DNA of 64,000 bases from an uncultured Spirochaetota bacterium (GTDB taxonomy: Bacteria > Spirochaetota > Spirochaetia > SZUA-6 > Fen-1364), in the NCBI GenBank assembly GCA_963781885.1, contig CAWAHW010000002.1, positions 960,001 to 1,024,000 on the forward strand. Direction: 5' to 3'. Position 1 is the stretch's first letter. Each line of letters begins with the position of its first letter. The position numbers and the translations under genes were made by a program. Below, one piece after another: positions 37,067-45,887 of the stretch. The notes under the pieces are model-generated. The model was not told the origin of the DNA. It did not search any database and worked only from the letters and a program-made list of their open reading frames with translations.

Positions 37067-38416
37067 TCAGAATCCCGGGTAGCCCTTCGCCTTCATGAGC
37101 TCCTCGAACTTCGCATCCCACGCCGTCAGCACCTGCTGCGGCGTTTTGGCGCCGCCGATCATGTCCTGGAAGTACTTCCACAGGTCGTTCAGGTCCACCT
37201 TCACGAAGGCGTTTGCTTCCACCGACACTTTCCCCGTCTTGATGTACGTGTCGTAGATCTGCTGATCGATGGGCTGCAGCTGTGCCGCCGCCACGTCCTT
37301 GAAGTTGGGCATAAAGGCCCGCGAGGAAACGGCGTTGACGGCCGCTATCTGCGGGGCCTGCGAGAGAAAGTCGATGAGCCGCTCGGCCGCGGCAACGTGC
37401 TTTGCCTTCTGGGGGACGAAGAACAGGGGGCCGAGCTGGGCCTGCACGATGACATTCATCGCCGCGTCATCCCATACGGGGAACGGGAAGAGGCCGAGGT
37501 GGAGGCTCGGATCCTTGCTCGCCATGTCGCTCACGAGCGCGTTGGCGCTTATCATCATGGCGTAGTTTCCCGACGCCATCGCGGCCGGCCCGCCGTTGTA
37601 GTCGTCGGACAGGGCCGTGGGCTGGAAGTAGCCCTTCTGGACCAGGGTGTTTCCGCGCGCGAGCGCATCAAGGAAGCCCGGCACGTCCGCCCACTTCATC
37701 TCGTTCTTGTTGATCTTCTCGAAGAGCCGGGGATCCTTCCGGGTCACCCAGACTCCCCATGCCGAGGTCGTCCAGATCTGGAAGGTCCAGACATCCTTGA
37801 ACGGCCCATAAATAGGCGTGATGCCGTTCGCCTTGAGCGTCTCGCAAACCGCGAGGAGCTGCTGATACGTCGTGGGGACGGCGAGGTTGAGCTTCTTGAA
37901 GATGTCGATGTTGTAAACCATCCCGAGACCCGCGGTCGAAATGACGGGGCTGAACCCGTGGATCTTCCCGTCGGGAGCCTTCAGGAGAGCCGGCTGCTGC
38001 AGCCGCGCCACCCACGGCTGGTTGCCGAGATCCACCATGTTCTGCTCCGCCCCGAGCTCGTTTTCCGCGGAGACCTTGTTGTAGAACATGATGTCGGACG
38101 GCTCGCCCGTGGCGAGCTGCGTCTGGAGCGTCTGGGTGGTCTGCGCGTCCGGAATCAGAAGAAGCTGGATCTTGACGCCGGGGTTTTTGGCTTCGAAAGC
38201 GTCAAAGTTCGGGTTCGGCTGATAGACGACCCACGAGTCCCCCCTGTTGAAATCCTGGCTGCCCGCGATGGTCAGGTTGATGGGCTGGCTCGGGTTGCCG
38301 CCAGAGCTCTCCGACGTTCCTGCCGCAAAGAGCGCCCCGCCTGACACCATGAGAAGGACAGCCGCCAGCGTGACAAGGAACGACAGCGACCTGCCCCCCG
38401 TCTTCCATGTGATCAT
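37067..38416 (-). CDS. Sugar ABC transporter substrate-binding protein
   Basis: Signal peptide; FEAKNPGVKI, YNIDIFKKLNL.VPTTYQQL..VCE.LKANGITP (SBP family 1). Confidence 0.92.
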   Translation of the reverse strand: MITWKTGGRSLSFLVTLAAVLLMVSGGALFAAGTSESSGGNPSQPINLTIAGSQDFNRGDSWVVYQPNPNFDAFEAKNPGVKIQLLLIPDAQTTQTLQTQLATGEPSDIMFYNKVSAENELGAEQNMVDLGNQPWVARLQQPALLKAPDGKIHGFSPVISTAGLGMVYNIDIFKKLNLAVPTTYQQLLAVCETLKANGITPIYGPFKDVWTFQIWTTSAWGVWVTRKDPRLFEKINKNEMKWADVPGFLDALARGNTLVQKGYFQPTALSDDYNGGPAAMASGNYAMMISANALVSDMASKDPSLHLGLFPFPVWDDAAMNVIVQAQLGPLFFVPQKAKHVAAAERLIDFLSQAPQIAAVNAVSSRAFMPNFKDVAAAQLQPIDQQIYDTYIKTGKVSVEANAFVKVDLNDLWKYFQDMIGGAKTPQQVLTAWDAKFEELMKAKGYPGF

Positions 38417-38459
38417 GTATTCCCCCTCGCCACTGTCCCTTTTCTCGCAGTGGCGGGAA

Positions 38460-38516
38460 AACCTAGCACGGGGTATGCCCACTGTAAATGCACAATCGTG
38501 TACTCGTGCGGTGCAC
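38460..38516 (-). promoter_or_regulatory. Putative promoter of the binding-protein operon with upstream GTGCA boxes
   Basis: Minus-strand TTTACA-17 nt-TAGGTT with extended TG; TGCAC/TGTAC/TGCAC at 38489, 38499 and 38512, directly upstream of the -35. Confidence 0.5.
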
Positions 38517-38582
38517 TTTCCTCTCCCGTGCTCCCCTTTACCGGCGGTGGGTCCATGGTATACTTCTGGCGGGATCGGGAAG

Positions 38583-40364
38583 ATGCACGTCAAGCTCCAG
38601 ACCAGAATCGTTGCATACTTTACGGTCCTGCTGCTCGTCGTGATCGGGGTTTTCGCCATCTTCTTCGACGTCGTCGTGAGCCGGCGGTTCGAGGCGATGG
38701 CAAGCCAGAACGTCGTGCAGCTCGCCGTGAAGCTCTCCCAGCACGTGGATTCCTATATCTTGGAAATGGATCAGGTGTCGAAGAGCTTCGCGACCAACGA
38801 AAACGTGCTTGCCGTCCTCAGCGACATCGCTCGCAACGGCCCGCCACGGAACAGCTACCTGCAGCTTCTCGCGTCACGGACCCTCGACGGCGCCTTCGCC
38901 AGCGCCCTTACCGTCACCTCCATCCCCACCTGCTCGGTCTACCTCTACGATACCAGCGGCGCTTACCGCCATTCCTTCAACGGACGCCACGCTCACTTCG
39001 ATGCTGTGATGCAGAACCCCGCCAACCGCGAAGCTCTGGCAAACTGGCAGAGGCTGCTCGACGCCGCGGTGAGCGACGTCCCGAGCGCCGGCCCCACCAG
39101 GCTCATCTCCCTGGTGCGTCCGGTCTTCAGCCTGAGCGGCATCCAGTACGGCTACGTGGAGGTCCAGGACGAGTATGCCGAGCTGCAGAAGATCTGCGAC
39201 GTCGGCTCGACGGGGCAGGTGATAATCCTGGACGCGCAGCACGGGGAAGTGTATCCCCTTGACCCCGGGCACCCCGCGGAGGTCTCCCGCCTTCGGCTGG
39301 GCAGCGCCGACAGCACGGCAGGCACCTTTCCCTCTCCCGGGGGGTACCTCTACTCGTACGCGTGGTCTGACTACTCCGGGTTCACCGTCTTCGTGAAGGA
39401 ACGGGAGAGCGACGTCCTCGGGCCGCTCATGTATCTTCGCACGGCAACGTACGCGACCATTTTTCTCGTCACGGTCTTCGCCCTTGGCATGGTGTTCGTC
39501 ATATCCGCGGTGCTCATGCAGCCAATCCGCACGCTCCGCGACAGCGTGCTCCACGTCAGCCTCGACAACATGAGGCTGGACATGAACGTGGACGCTCACC
39601 ACGACGAAATCCAGCTCCTGAGCAGGGCTTTCCAGGACATGCTCGCGCGGCTGAAGGGGGCCGTCGAGAAGGCGATGCTCGCCAACCGTGAGGAGATGCG
39701 GGCGCGCTTCGGCGCGCTGCAGGCGCGCATCGCCCCACACTTCATCCACAACGTCCTGTACCTCATCAGCGTGCAGGCGCACGAGAAGCGGACCGACGAC
39801 GTGGAGATGACATGCAAGAAGCTGTCCGACATGCTGCGCTACGTCGTGCAATCGCCGTTCAAGACCGTCACCATCGACGACGAGGTCGCCCATGCCTCCG
39901 ATTACCTTTCCCTCCAGAAGCAGAACTACGAGGATCTCCTGACGTACACCGTGAGGGTCGAGCCGAGCGTTCGTTCCGTCACCCTGCCGCGTCTGGTCAT
40001 CCAGCCCTTCGTGGAGAACTCCATTCACAATGGCTTCAAGACCAAACTCCCGCCCTGGAAGATCGACGTCGCGTGCGAGGCGGCGGAAGACAGATGGTGC
40101 ATCACCATCTCCGACAACGGCTGCGGCATCGACGAGGCAACGATCCGGCACCTGCGTGAAAGAATGGCCGCAGAGCAGGACGAGTCCGAAGCCTTGCGGG
40201 AACCGACGGAGCAGGGAATGGACGGCATGGCGATCATCAATACCTATGGCCGGCTGCGTCTCATGTATGGGGATCGGCTGGGCTTCGACATTCGTCCCAA
40301 CGAGGAGGGGGGCACGACAATCCGTCTCTCGGGTCCGCTGCTTCCCGCCGCCGCGGAGCACTGA
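38583..40364 (+). CDS. YesM/LytS-type sensor histidine kinase
   Basis: Two TMs, Cache and HAMP regions, LQARIAPHFIHNVL, IQPFVENSIHNG and ISDNGCG. Confidence 0.92.
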   Translation: MHVKLQTRIVAYFTVLLLVVIGVFAIFFDVVVSRRFEAMASQNVVQLAVKLSQHVDSYILEMDQVSKSFATNENVLAVLSDIARNGPPRNSYLQLLASRTLDGAFASALTVTSIPTCSVYLYDTSGAYRHSFNGRHAHFDAVMQNPANREALANWQRLLDAAVSDVPSAGPTRLISLVRPVFSLSGIQYGYVEVQDEYAELQKICDVGSTGQVIILDAQHGEVYPLDPGHPAEVSRLRLGSADSTAGTFPSPGGYLYSYAWSDYSGFTVFVKERESDVLGPLMYLRTATYATIFLVTVFALGMVFVISAVLMQPIRTLRDSVLHVSLDNMRLDMNVDAHHDEIQLLSRAFQDMLARLKGAVEKAMLANREEMRARFGALQARIAPHFIHNVLYLISVQAHEKRTDDVEMTCKKLSDMLRYVVQSPFKTVTIDDEVAHASDYLSLQKQNYEDLLTYTVRVEPSVRSVTLPRLVIQPFVENSIHNGFKTKLPPWKIDVACEAAEDRWCITISDNGCGIDEATIRHLRERMAAEQDESEALREPTEQGMDGMAIINTYGRLRLMYGDRLGFDIRPNEEGGTTIRLSGPLLPAAAEH

Positions 40365-40375
40365 CGAGGCGGACC

Positions 40376-41890
40376 ATGACGTACTCCGCACTGGTCGTCG
40401 AGGACAGCAGGCCGATACTCCGGAACATCGCTCAGCAGATCGAGTCCGTTCATGACCGCGTGCGCGTGGTGGCGACCGCCTGCAACGGCCGGGAAGCGCT
40501 GATGAAGCTGAGGGGCTCCCGGGTGGATATCGTGTTCTCGGATATCAAGATGCCGGTGCTGGGCGGCCTGGATTTCCTGGGCGAGGCTCGGAGCCTGAAT
40601 CCCGGTTTGAGATGCGTCATCATCAGCGGCTATGACGATTTCGAGTTTGCGCGGCAGGCAATCCAGCTCGGCGTGGACGCCTACATCCTGAAACCGGTGA
40701 CGAAGGACGAGCTCAGAACCGTCGTGGAGAAGATCGTCTCTTCCCTGGACCTCGGAAGACGCGGGGTGTTCCAGGAGGAGCTTTCGAGGGCCCTCAAGCG
40801 TGAGGAGGCCGTCTGGCATGCACCGAACGACGTCCTGCGGGGACCGTATGGGATATGCCTCCTTCGGTGCGGGGCGCTGCGAGATGGCCCATGCGCCGTG
40901 GACATGGCGGACATGCGCGCGACATTCAGCCATGCCGGCTCCTGCGATGGGAGCCTCTTTTTCGCCGAAACGCGCGGCCATAGCGAGCTCGCGGTCGTCT
41001 GTGATCTTCAGGCTCTTTCGCACGAGGCATGGAGGGACATCTGTTCCCGCGTCTTCGAATCGCTGTCCCGTCGGGGGCAGGTTGCCCGCATGGCATGTTC
41101 CAGCGGGTATGCGGACGTGCCCGGGCTGCCTTCGCACGCGGCCTTCCTCTCGCAGTGTCTCGAGGAGCACGTCTGCCTCGACACGCCGACCCTCTTCTGG
41201 CCCGACGGCATTTCGTCAGAGCCGGGAATGGGCATTCCGCGTGACGAGTTTGCGCGTTTCAAAGAGGAAGCGGGTTTGATGGCCGGCGCAGGGTCCGTGG
41301 ACGAGTTCAGGCTGCGGCTGGAGGATTTTGTGCGCTCCTGGCGCGCACGGAGCCTCACGCTGATCACGGTTCGGAAGCTCCTCGGACTGATGGTGGACGC
41401 GATTGACGAGTGCGCGAATGATCCCTCGTCGACCCGAGACAGCACCGTCACGGTGGAGAAGCTGCTGGGGCGAAGCGGAAGCTATGAGACGCTCGTCGAT
41501 GAGCTGTGCCTCGTCTTCCAGGCAGCGATCGAGAGGAGAAAAGACGCGGACTCCTCGTCGGAAAGCATCGTCCAGGCGGCGATCGACCTGTTCCGCCGCA
41601 ATCTCGCTCGGAACATCACGATGAGTGAAGTCGCCGCGCGGCTCGGATTCTCCCTTTCCTATGTCCATCGCGTCCTGCGTTCGGCGCTGGGCAAGGCACC
41701 CATGGAATATTACAACGATATGAAGCTCGAAGAAGCAAAGCGCCTGTTGGCGCGCTATCCGCACAGGAAGGTGAAAGAAATCGCCCTTTCACTGGGATTC
41801 GAGGATCAGCACTACTTCAGCCGTGTCTTCAAGACCCACGTATCGCTGAGCCCCCTGGAGTATCGCGAGCAAGCCACGCGGGCACGCTGA
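40376..41890 (+). CDS. YesN-type response regulator (REC plus AraC HTH)
   Basis: SDIKMP, ISGYDDFEFARQAI, YILKP; C-terminal VKEIALSLGFEDQHYFSRVFK. Confidence 0.93.
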   Translation: MTYSALVVEDSRPILRNIAQQIESVHDRVRVVATACNGREALMKLRGSRVDIVFSDIKMPVLGGLDFLGEARSLNPGLRCVIISGYDDFEFARQAIQLGVDAYILKPVTKDELRTVVEKIVSSLDLGRRGVFQEELSRALKREEAVWHAPNDVLRGPYGICLLRCGALRDGPCAVDMADMRATFSHAGSCDGSLFFAETRGHSELAVVCDLQALSHEAWRDICSRVFESLSRRGQVARMACSSGYADVPGLPSHAAFLSQCLEEHVCLDTPTLFWPDGISSEPGMGIPRDEFARFKEEAGLMAGAGSVDEFRLRLEDFVRSWRARSLTLITVRKLLGLMVDAIDECANDPSSTRDSTVTVEKLLGRSGSYETLVDELCLVFQAAIERRKDADSSSESIVQAAIDLFRRNLARNITMSEVAARLGFSLSYVHRVLRSALGKAPMEYYNDMKLEEAKRLLARYPHRKVKEIALSLGFEDQHYFSRVFKTHVSLSPLEYREQATRAR

Positions 41891-41942
41891 TCACGCGCAG
41901 CGCCGGTATCGACCTGTGATATGATGGGGTGGAGGGAACGCT

Positions 41943-43148
41943 TTGGTGTTCCGTCGTCCTGAGTGGATCGAAATCGTCATAGCCGGGATCTCCCTGGTCG
42001 TGCTCGCCTATGTCAACCTCCCGGAGGTCAATGCGCGGAGCGCAGGTCTTATGCGCAGCGAGATTCTCGTCGGTAGCTGTCTGACGGCCCTGTGCGTCGT
42101 GGGTGCCTCGACGCTGCAACGCAAGGTGCACCGCGCGGGACTCCTGCTCCTCCATTTTTTCTCTTACATCCTGCTTCTCACCGCGTTGGCAGGATCAAAC
42201 CTGATCGCGGAAATCCTGCTCCTCTTGCTGCTCGAGCTCCACGTTTCGCTGCGTTTGCCCTTGCGGCCGGCCCTCGCGACCAACGGCGTGGTCCTCGCGG
42301 CGACAACGCTGGTGGGGCTCGGAAGCGGCGCCGTGGACCGGGTCGACGTGCTGCTTTTCGGCGCCATCGTCCTCTTTCTCGCCGAGCTCGCCGTGTACTA
42401 CCGCGAGCGCTTGGTCCGCGCCTCAGGCACAGTCGAGCTCCAGAGCCGATCGCTTGAGAACCTTGCGGCGGCAAACCAGTCGTTTGTCGCGCACCTCGAG
42501 AGCGTCGAAGCGGAGAGCGCCGAGCGCGAGCGCCTCCTGATCACTCGGGAGCTGCACGACTGCGTCGGCTATGGCATGACCAACATCGCCATGATGATGA
42601 ACGCGTCTCGATATCTGAAGGACGAGAATCCGGAAAAGCTCGTGGAGTACTGCCAGAAGACCAAAGAGCTCGCCTCGAGCACCCTGCAGGAAACCCGCCA
42701 AATCCTGTACAAGCTCCGCGCCGTCTCGGCGCAGGCCACTCCGGGCGCCCCGCTGTTTTTCGCCCGGCTCTGCCGCGACTTCTCAGAGGCCACCGGCGTC
42801 CGGACGGACTGCCACGTCGGCAACCTGCCCTCATCCGTGAACGAGCGCGTCTTCGGCACGCTGTTCCGGGCCGTCCAGGTGGGCTTCATCAACGCCCTTC
42901 GGCACGGCAGCACCGGACACATCGTTCTTGGTTTCTGGGTCACCGACGCCGAGCTTTGCGTACGGATCTGGAACGACACGCCGCGGGGGCTCTCGGATCC
43001 GGAGGCCGTCGGCGAGGGGATTGGCCTGAAGGGGATCCGGGAGCGCCTCGATCTCGTGAACGGCCGGCTGTCATACGGACCGGTTCCCGACGGCTACCAG
43101 CTTACGATCATGATCCCCCGCGAGGAGACAGGAATTGCCGCCGACTAA
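41943..43148 (+). CDS. NarX/DesK-type (HisKA_3) membrane sensor kinase
   Basis: Several TMs; ERLLITRELHDCVG, INALRHG and GIGLKGIRER. Confidence 0.88.
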   Translation: MVFRRPEWIEIVIAGISLVVLAYVNLPEVNARSAGLMRSEILVGSCLTALCVVGASTLQRKVHRAGLLLLHFFSYILLLTALAGSNLIAEILLLLLLELHVSLRLPLRPALATNGVVLAATTLVGLGSGAVDRVDVLLFGAIVLFLAELAVYYRERLVRASGTVELQSRSLENLAAANQSFVAHLESVEAESAERERLLITRELHDCVGYGMTNIAMMMNASRYLKDENPEKLVEYCQKTKELASSTLQETRQILYKLRAVSAQATPGAPLFFARLCRDFSEATGVRTDCHVGNLPSSVNERVFGTLFRAVQVGFINALRHGSTGHIVLGFWVTDAELCVRIWNDTPRGLSDPEAVGEGIGLKGIRERLDLVNGRLSYGPVPDGYQLTIMIPREETGIAAD

Positions 43149-43824
43149 AGTTTTGATCGTCGACGATCAGCACTTGTTTGCCGAAAGCCTGAAGTTCGTC
43201 CTGCAAGGCGAGAGTCGCGGCAGGATCGAGGTGATCGCCATCGCCGCCAACGGACGGGAGGCGGTCGAGCTGGTGCAGGCGACGACCCCGGATGTCATCC
43301 TTATGGACATCCGCATGCCGGTCATGGATGGAGTCGACGCGACGGCCGCGATACATGAAAGCTGGCCGAACATCAAGATCCTGATCCTCACCACTTTCGA
43401 TGATGACGAGCTCGCGATAAGCGCGCTCTCCCGCGGCGCGACGGGGTATGTCTTGAAGGACGTGGACCCGCCCGACCTCATCCTCTCGATCGAGGCAGTT
43501 CATCGAGGCGCCTTCTTTATCTCTCCCGCAGTCGGGCTGAAACTGGTGGATATCATGAAACCGGACGGTGGGGGCGCCGCCAAGGAGAGAGAAGAGCTCG
43601 TCCTCAGCCTCATGCGAGATGTGCCTTCGCTCACCCGGCGGGAGGCTGAGATCCTCTACCTCGCCGCGAAGGCACGCGCCAACAAGAGTATCGGCGACGA
43701 GCTCTTTATTTCCGAAAAGACGGTGAAGAACCACCTGAGCTCGATCTACCAGAAACTCTCGATCCACAATCGGCTGCAGCTCATCCACTACGTCGCGTCC
43801 GCCAAAACCCGCGGGCCCCGATGA
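43135..43824 (+). CDS. NarL/LuxR family response regulator
   Basis: LIVDDQ, LMDIRMP, LTTFDDD and LTRREAEIL...NKSI.DELFISEKTVKNH. Confidence 0.95.
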   Translation: MPPTKVLIVDDQHLFAESLKFVLQGESRGRIEVIAIAANGREAVELVQATTPDVILMDIRMPVMDGVDATAAIHESWPNIKILILTTFDDDELAISALSRGATGYVLKDVDPPDLILSIEAVHRGAFFISPAVGLKLVDIMKPDGGGAAKEREELVLSLMRDVPSLTRREAEILYLAAKARANKSIGDELFISEKTVKNHLSSIYQKLSIHNRLQLIHYVASAKTRGPR

Positions 43825-43845
43825 GCGGCGGCGAGCAACCAGAGA

Positions 43846-43904
43846 GTCCCGCGAAAGTCCCAGGGAACGGCTCCTGGCACGCCTTTCTGGGTCCTTTTTG
43901 GGAC
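43846..43904. promoter_or_regulatory. Imperfect inverted repeat, candidate response-regulator site
   Basis: GTCCCGCGAAAGTCCCAG (43846-43863) vs the reverse complement of 43887-43904, GTCCCAAAAAGGACCCAG (13/18). Confidence 0.4.
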
Positions 43905-43951
43905 GCATGTCCTATGGAGCCGGATCGAAGCGGCCGATAGACTGGCGACTG

Positions 43952-44932
43952 GTGAAGACAACGCTTTTCATCTCGCCCGTTCGCACTCCGTCCCTCGGAC
44001 GCCGGTCGTTTCTCAAGGAGCTCGCGCGCCAGCGGTACCTCATGATCCTGGTGCTCCCCGCGGTTCTCTGGATGCTGCTTTTTAACTACGTCCCCATGGG
44101 CGGCCTGATCATTGCCTTCCAGGAGTACGATCCGTTCCTCGGTCCGATCAGAGGCTTTACGCATAGTCGCTGGGTGGGGCTCGCGCACTTCCTTGAAGCC
44201 TTTACGGACAAGTACTTCCTCCACGCGCTCTGGAACACCATTGCGTACAGCCTCCTTCGGCTCGCGTTCGGCTTCCCCATCCCCATCGCGTTCGCCGTCC
44301 TCCTGAACGAGCTTCACGGCCTTCGCTTCAAAAAGTTCGTTCAAACCGTCAGCTATTTGCCGCAGTTCATCTCCTGGGTTTTCGTCACCGCTTTCATCTA
44401 CGTGATCCTGGCGACGGACAACGGGATCGCGAATCGGATGCTCCTCCAGCTCGGCATCATCCAGAAGCCGATCCTGTTTCTCGCCAAGGAATCGACGGTT
44501 CCTCCTCTCATGGTCATCAGCAGCGTCTGGAAGAGCTTTGGGTGGAATTCGATCATCTACATCGCGGCCATCACGGCTGTCGATCCGACGTTGTACGAGG
44601 CCGCGGCAATCGACGGGGCCCGGCGGTGGACCCGGATCTGGTCTATCACGCTCCCTTCGGTGAAGTCCACGATCGTCATCCTCCTGATCTTCAACATCGC
44701 CGGCCTGATCAGCGCCAGTTTCGAGTTCTTTGAGCAGATGTACCTCCTGAGCAACGCCATCATCCACGACGCCACCGAGATCATAGACACCTACACGTAC
44801 CGCATGGGCATCCAGCTTTCGCGGTACTCTTACGCCTCGGCCGTGGGAATGTTCCGCTCGGTTGCGGCCGTGCTGCTTCTCACGATCGCAAACTACGTTT
44901 CGCGACGCCTTACCGGGGAGAGTCTGTACTGA
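43952..44932 (+). CDS. Polysaccharide ABC permease (LplB-like)
   Basis: FNYVPMGGLIIAF, VQTVSYLPQFISWV, WKSFGWNSIIY.AAI and LYEAAAIDGA. Start uncertain (43898-43952). Confidence 0.92.
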   Translation: MKTTLFISPVRTPSLGRRSFLKELARQRYLMILVLPAVLWMLLFNYVPMGGLIIAFQEYDPFLGPIRGFTHSRWVGLAHFLEAFTDKYFLHALWNTIAYSLLRLAFGFPIPIAFAVLLNELHGLRFKKFVQTVSYLPQFISWVFVTAFIYVILATDNGIANRMLLQLGIIQKPILFLAKESTVPPLMVISSVWKSFGWNSIIYIAAITAVDPTLYEAAAIDGARRWTRIWSITLPSVKSTIVILLIFNIAGLISASFEFFEQMYLLSNAIIHDATEIIDTYTYRMGIQLSRYSYASAVGMFRSVAAVLLLTIANYVSRRLTGESLY

Positions 44933-45825
44933 TGACGACCGCGGGGCAAAAACGGCGAGGTCGCGTGCCGCCGGGCGAGTGGGCGTTCCGCGTCGTGAAT
45001 GTCTCCCTGATGCTGTTTGTCATCGCGGCGACATTCTACCCCTTCTATTACGTGATCGTATCTTCTCTGAACGATCCGATCGACCTGCTGCGGGGTCCGA
45101 TCTACCTGCTTCCCCGGAAGTTCTCCTTGGAAAATTTCCGTTATGTGGCAAAGGACCCTCAGGTCATCCGTGCCGCCTATGTCACGGTTGCCCGAACAGT
45201 GATCGGCAGTGTGTGTGGCGTGTTCTTTACTGCGGCATTTGCGTACGGGATCTCCAAGACCAGGCTCGTGGGCCGCCGGTTCATCGTTGGGATGACCTTG
45301 GTGACGATCTACTTTAGCGGCGGACTGATACCGACGTACCTGCTGTTGACGAAGATCCTGGGCTTGTACGGCAACTTCTTGGTCTACATCCTCCCCAACA
45401 TGTTCAACGCCTTCTTTGCGTTCATCATGCTCTCCTTCTTTCGCACCGTCTCGGCCGAGATAGAGGATTCGGCGCGCATGGACGGTGCGAACGACCTGCT
45501 CATATTCATTCGGCTCATTCTTCCACTCTCGACTCCCGTGCTGGCCACCATCGCGCTGTTTTTTGGTGTGGGACACTGGAACTCGTGGTTTGACGCCATG
45601 CTTTATGGCGGGTCAAGGCTTATTACGCTGCAACAGTACCTCGTCAAAGCTATCCAGTCGGTCAACGTCAGTGCCGTGGCGGCGAACTACTCGACCACGG
45701 CCGTCTCGGCACAGTCTCTTCGGTTGGCCACGATGGTGATCACGACATTCCCCATCGTTGTCACCTACCCGTTTCTCCAGCGGTATTTCGTCAAGGGAGT
45801 GATGATCGGGGCCATCAAGGGATAG
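44932..45825 (+). CDS. Polysaccharide ABC permease (LplC-like)
   Basis: FSGGLIPTY, EDSARMDGAND, VGHWNSWFD and YPFLQRYFVKGVMIGAIKG. Confidence 0.93.
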   Translation: MTTAGQKRRGRVPPGEWAFRVVNVSLMLFVIAATFYPFYYVIVSSLNDPIDLLRGPIYLLPRKFSLENFRYVAKDPQVIRAAYVTVARTVIGSVCGVFFTAAFAYGISKTRLVGRRFIVGMTLVTIYFSGGLIPTYLLLTKILGLYGNFLVYILPNMFNAFFAFIMLSFFRTVSAEIEDSARMDGANDLLIFIRLILPLSTPVLATIALFFGVGHWNSWFDAMLYGGSRLITLQQYLVKAIQSVNVSAVAANYSTTAVSAQSLRLATMVITTFPIVVTYPFLQRYFVKGVMIGAIKG

Positions 45826-45887
45826 TGCTTCATCCGGTCGTTGACCGGAACGACACACACGTCGCAAACGCGACAAGGAGGAAATCC

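Noticed and set aside
35485-38344. Long antisense ORFs (35485-37098, 36572-38344 and many similar ones in the window)
   Set aside because: Shadow frames of GC-rich genes: no RBS, no motifs, Arg/Pro-rich or mirror-codon composition.
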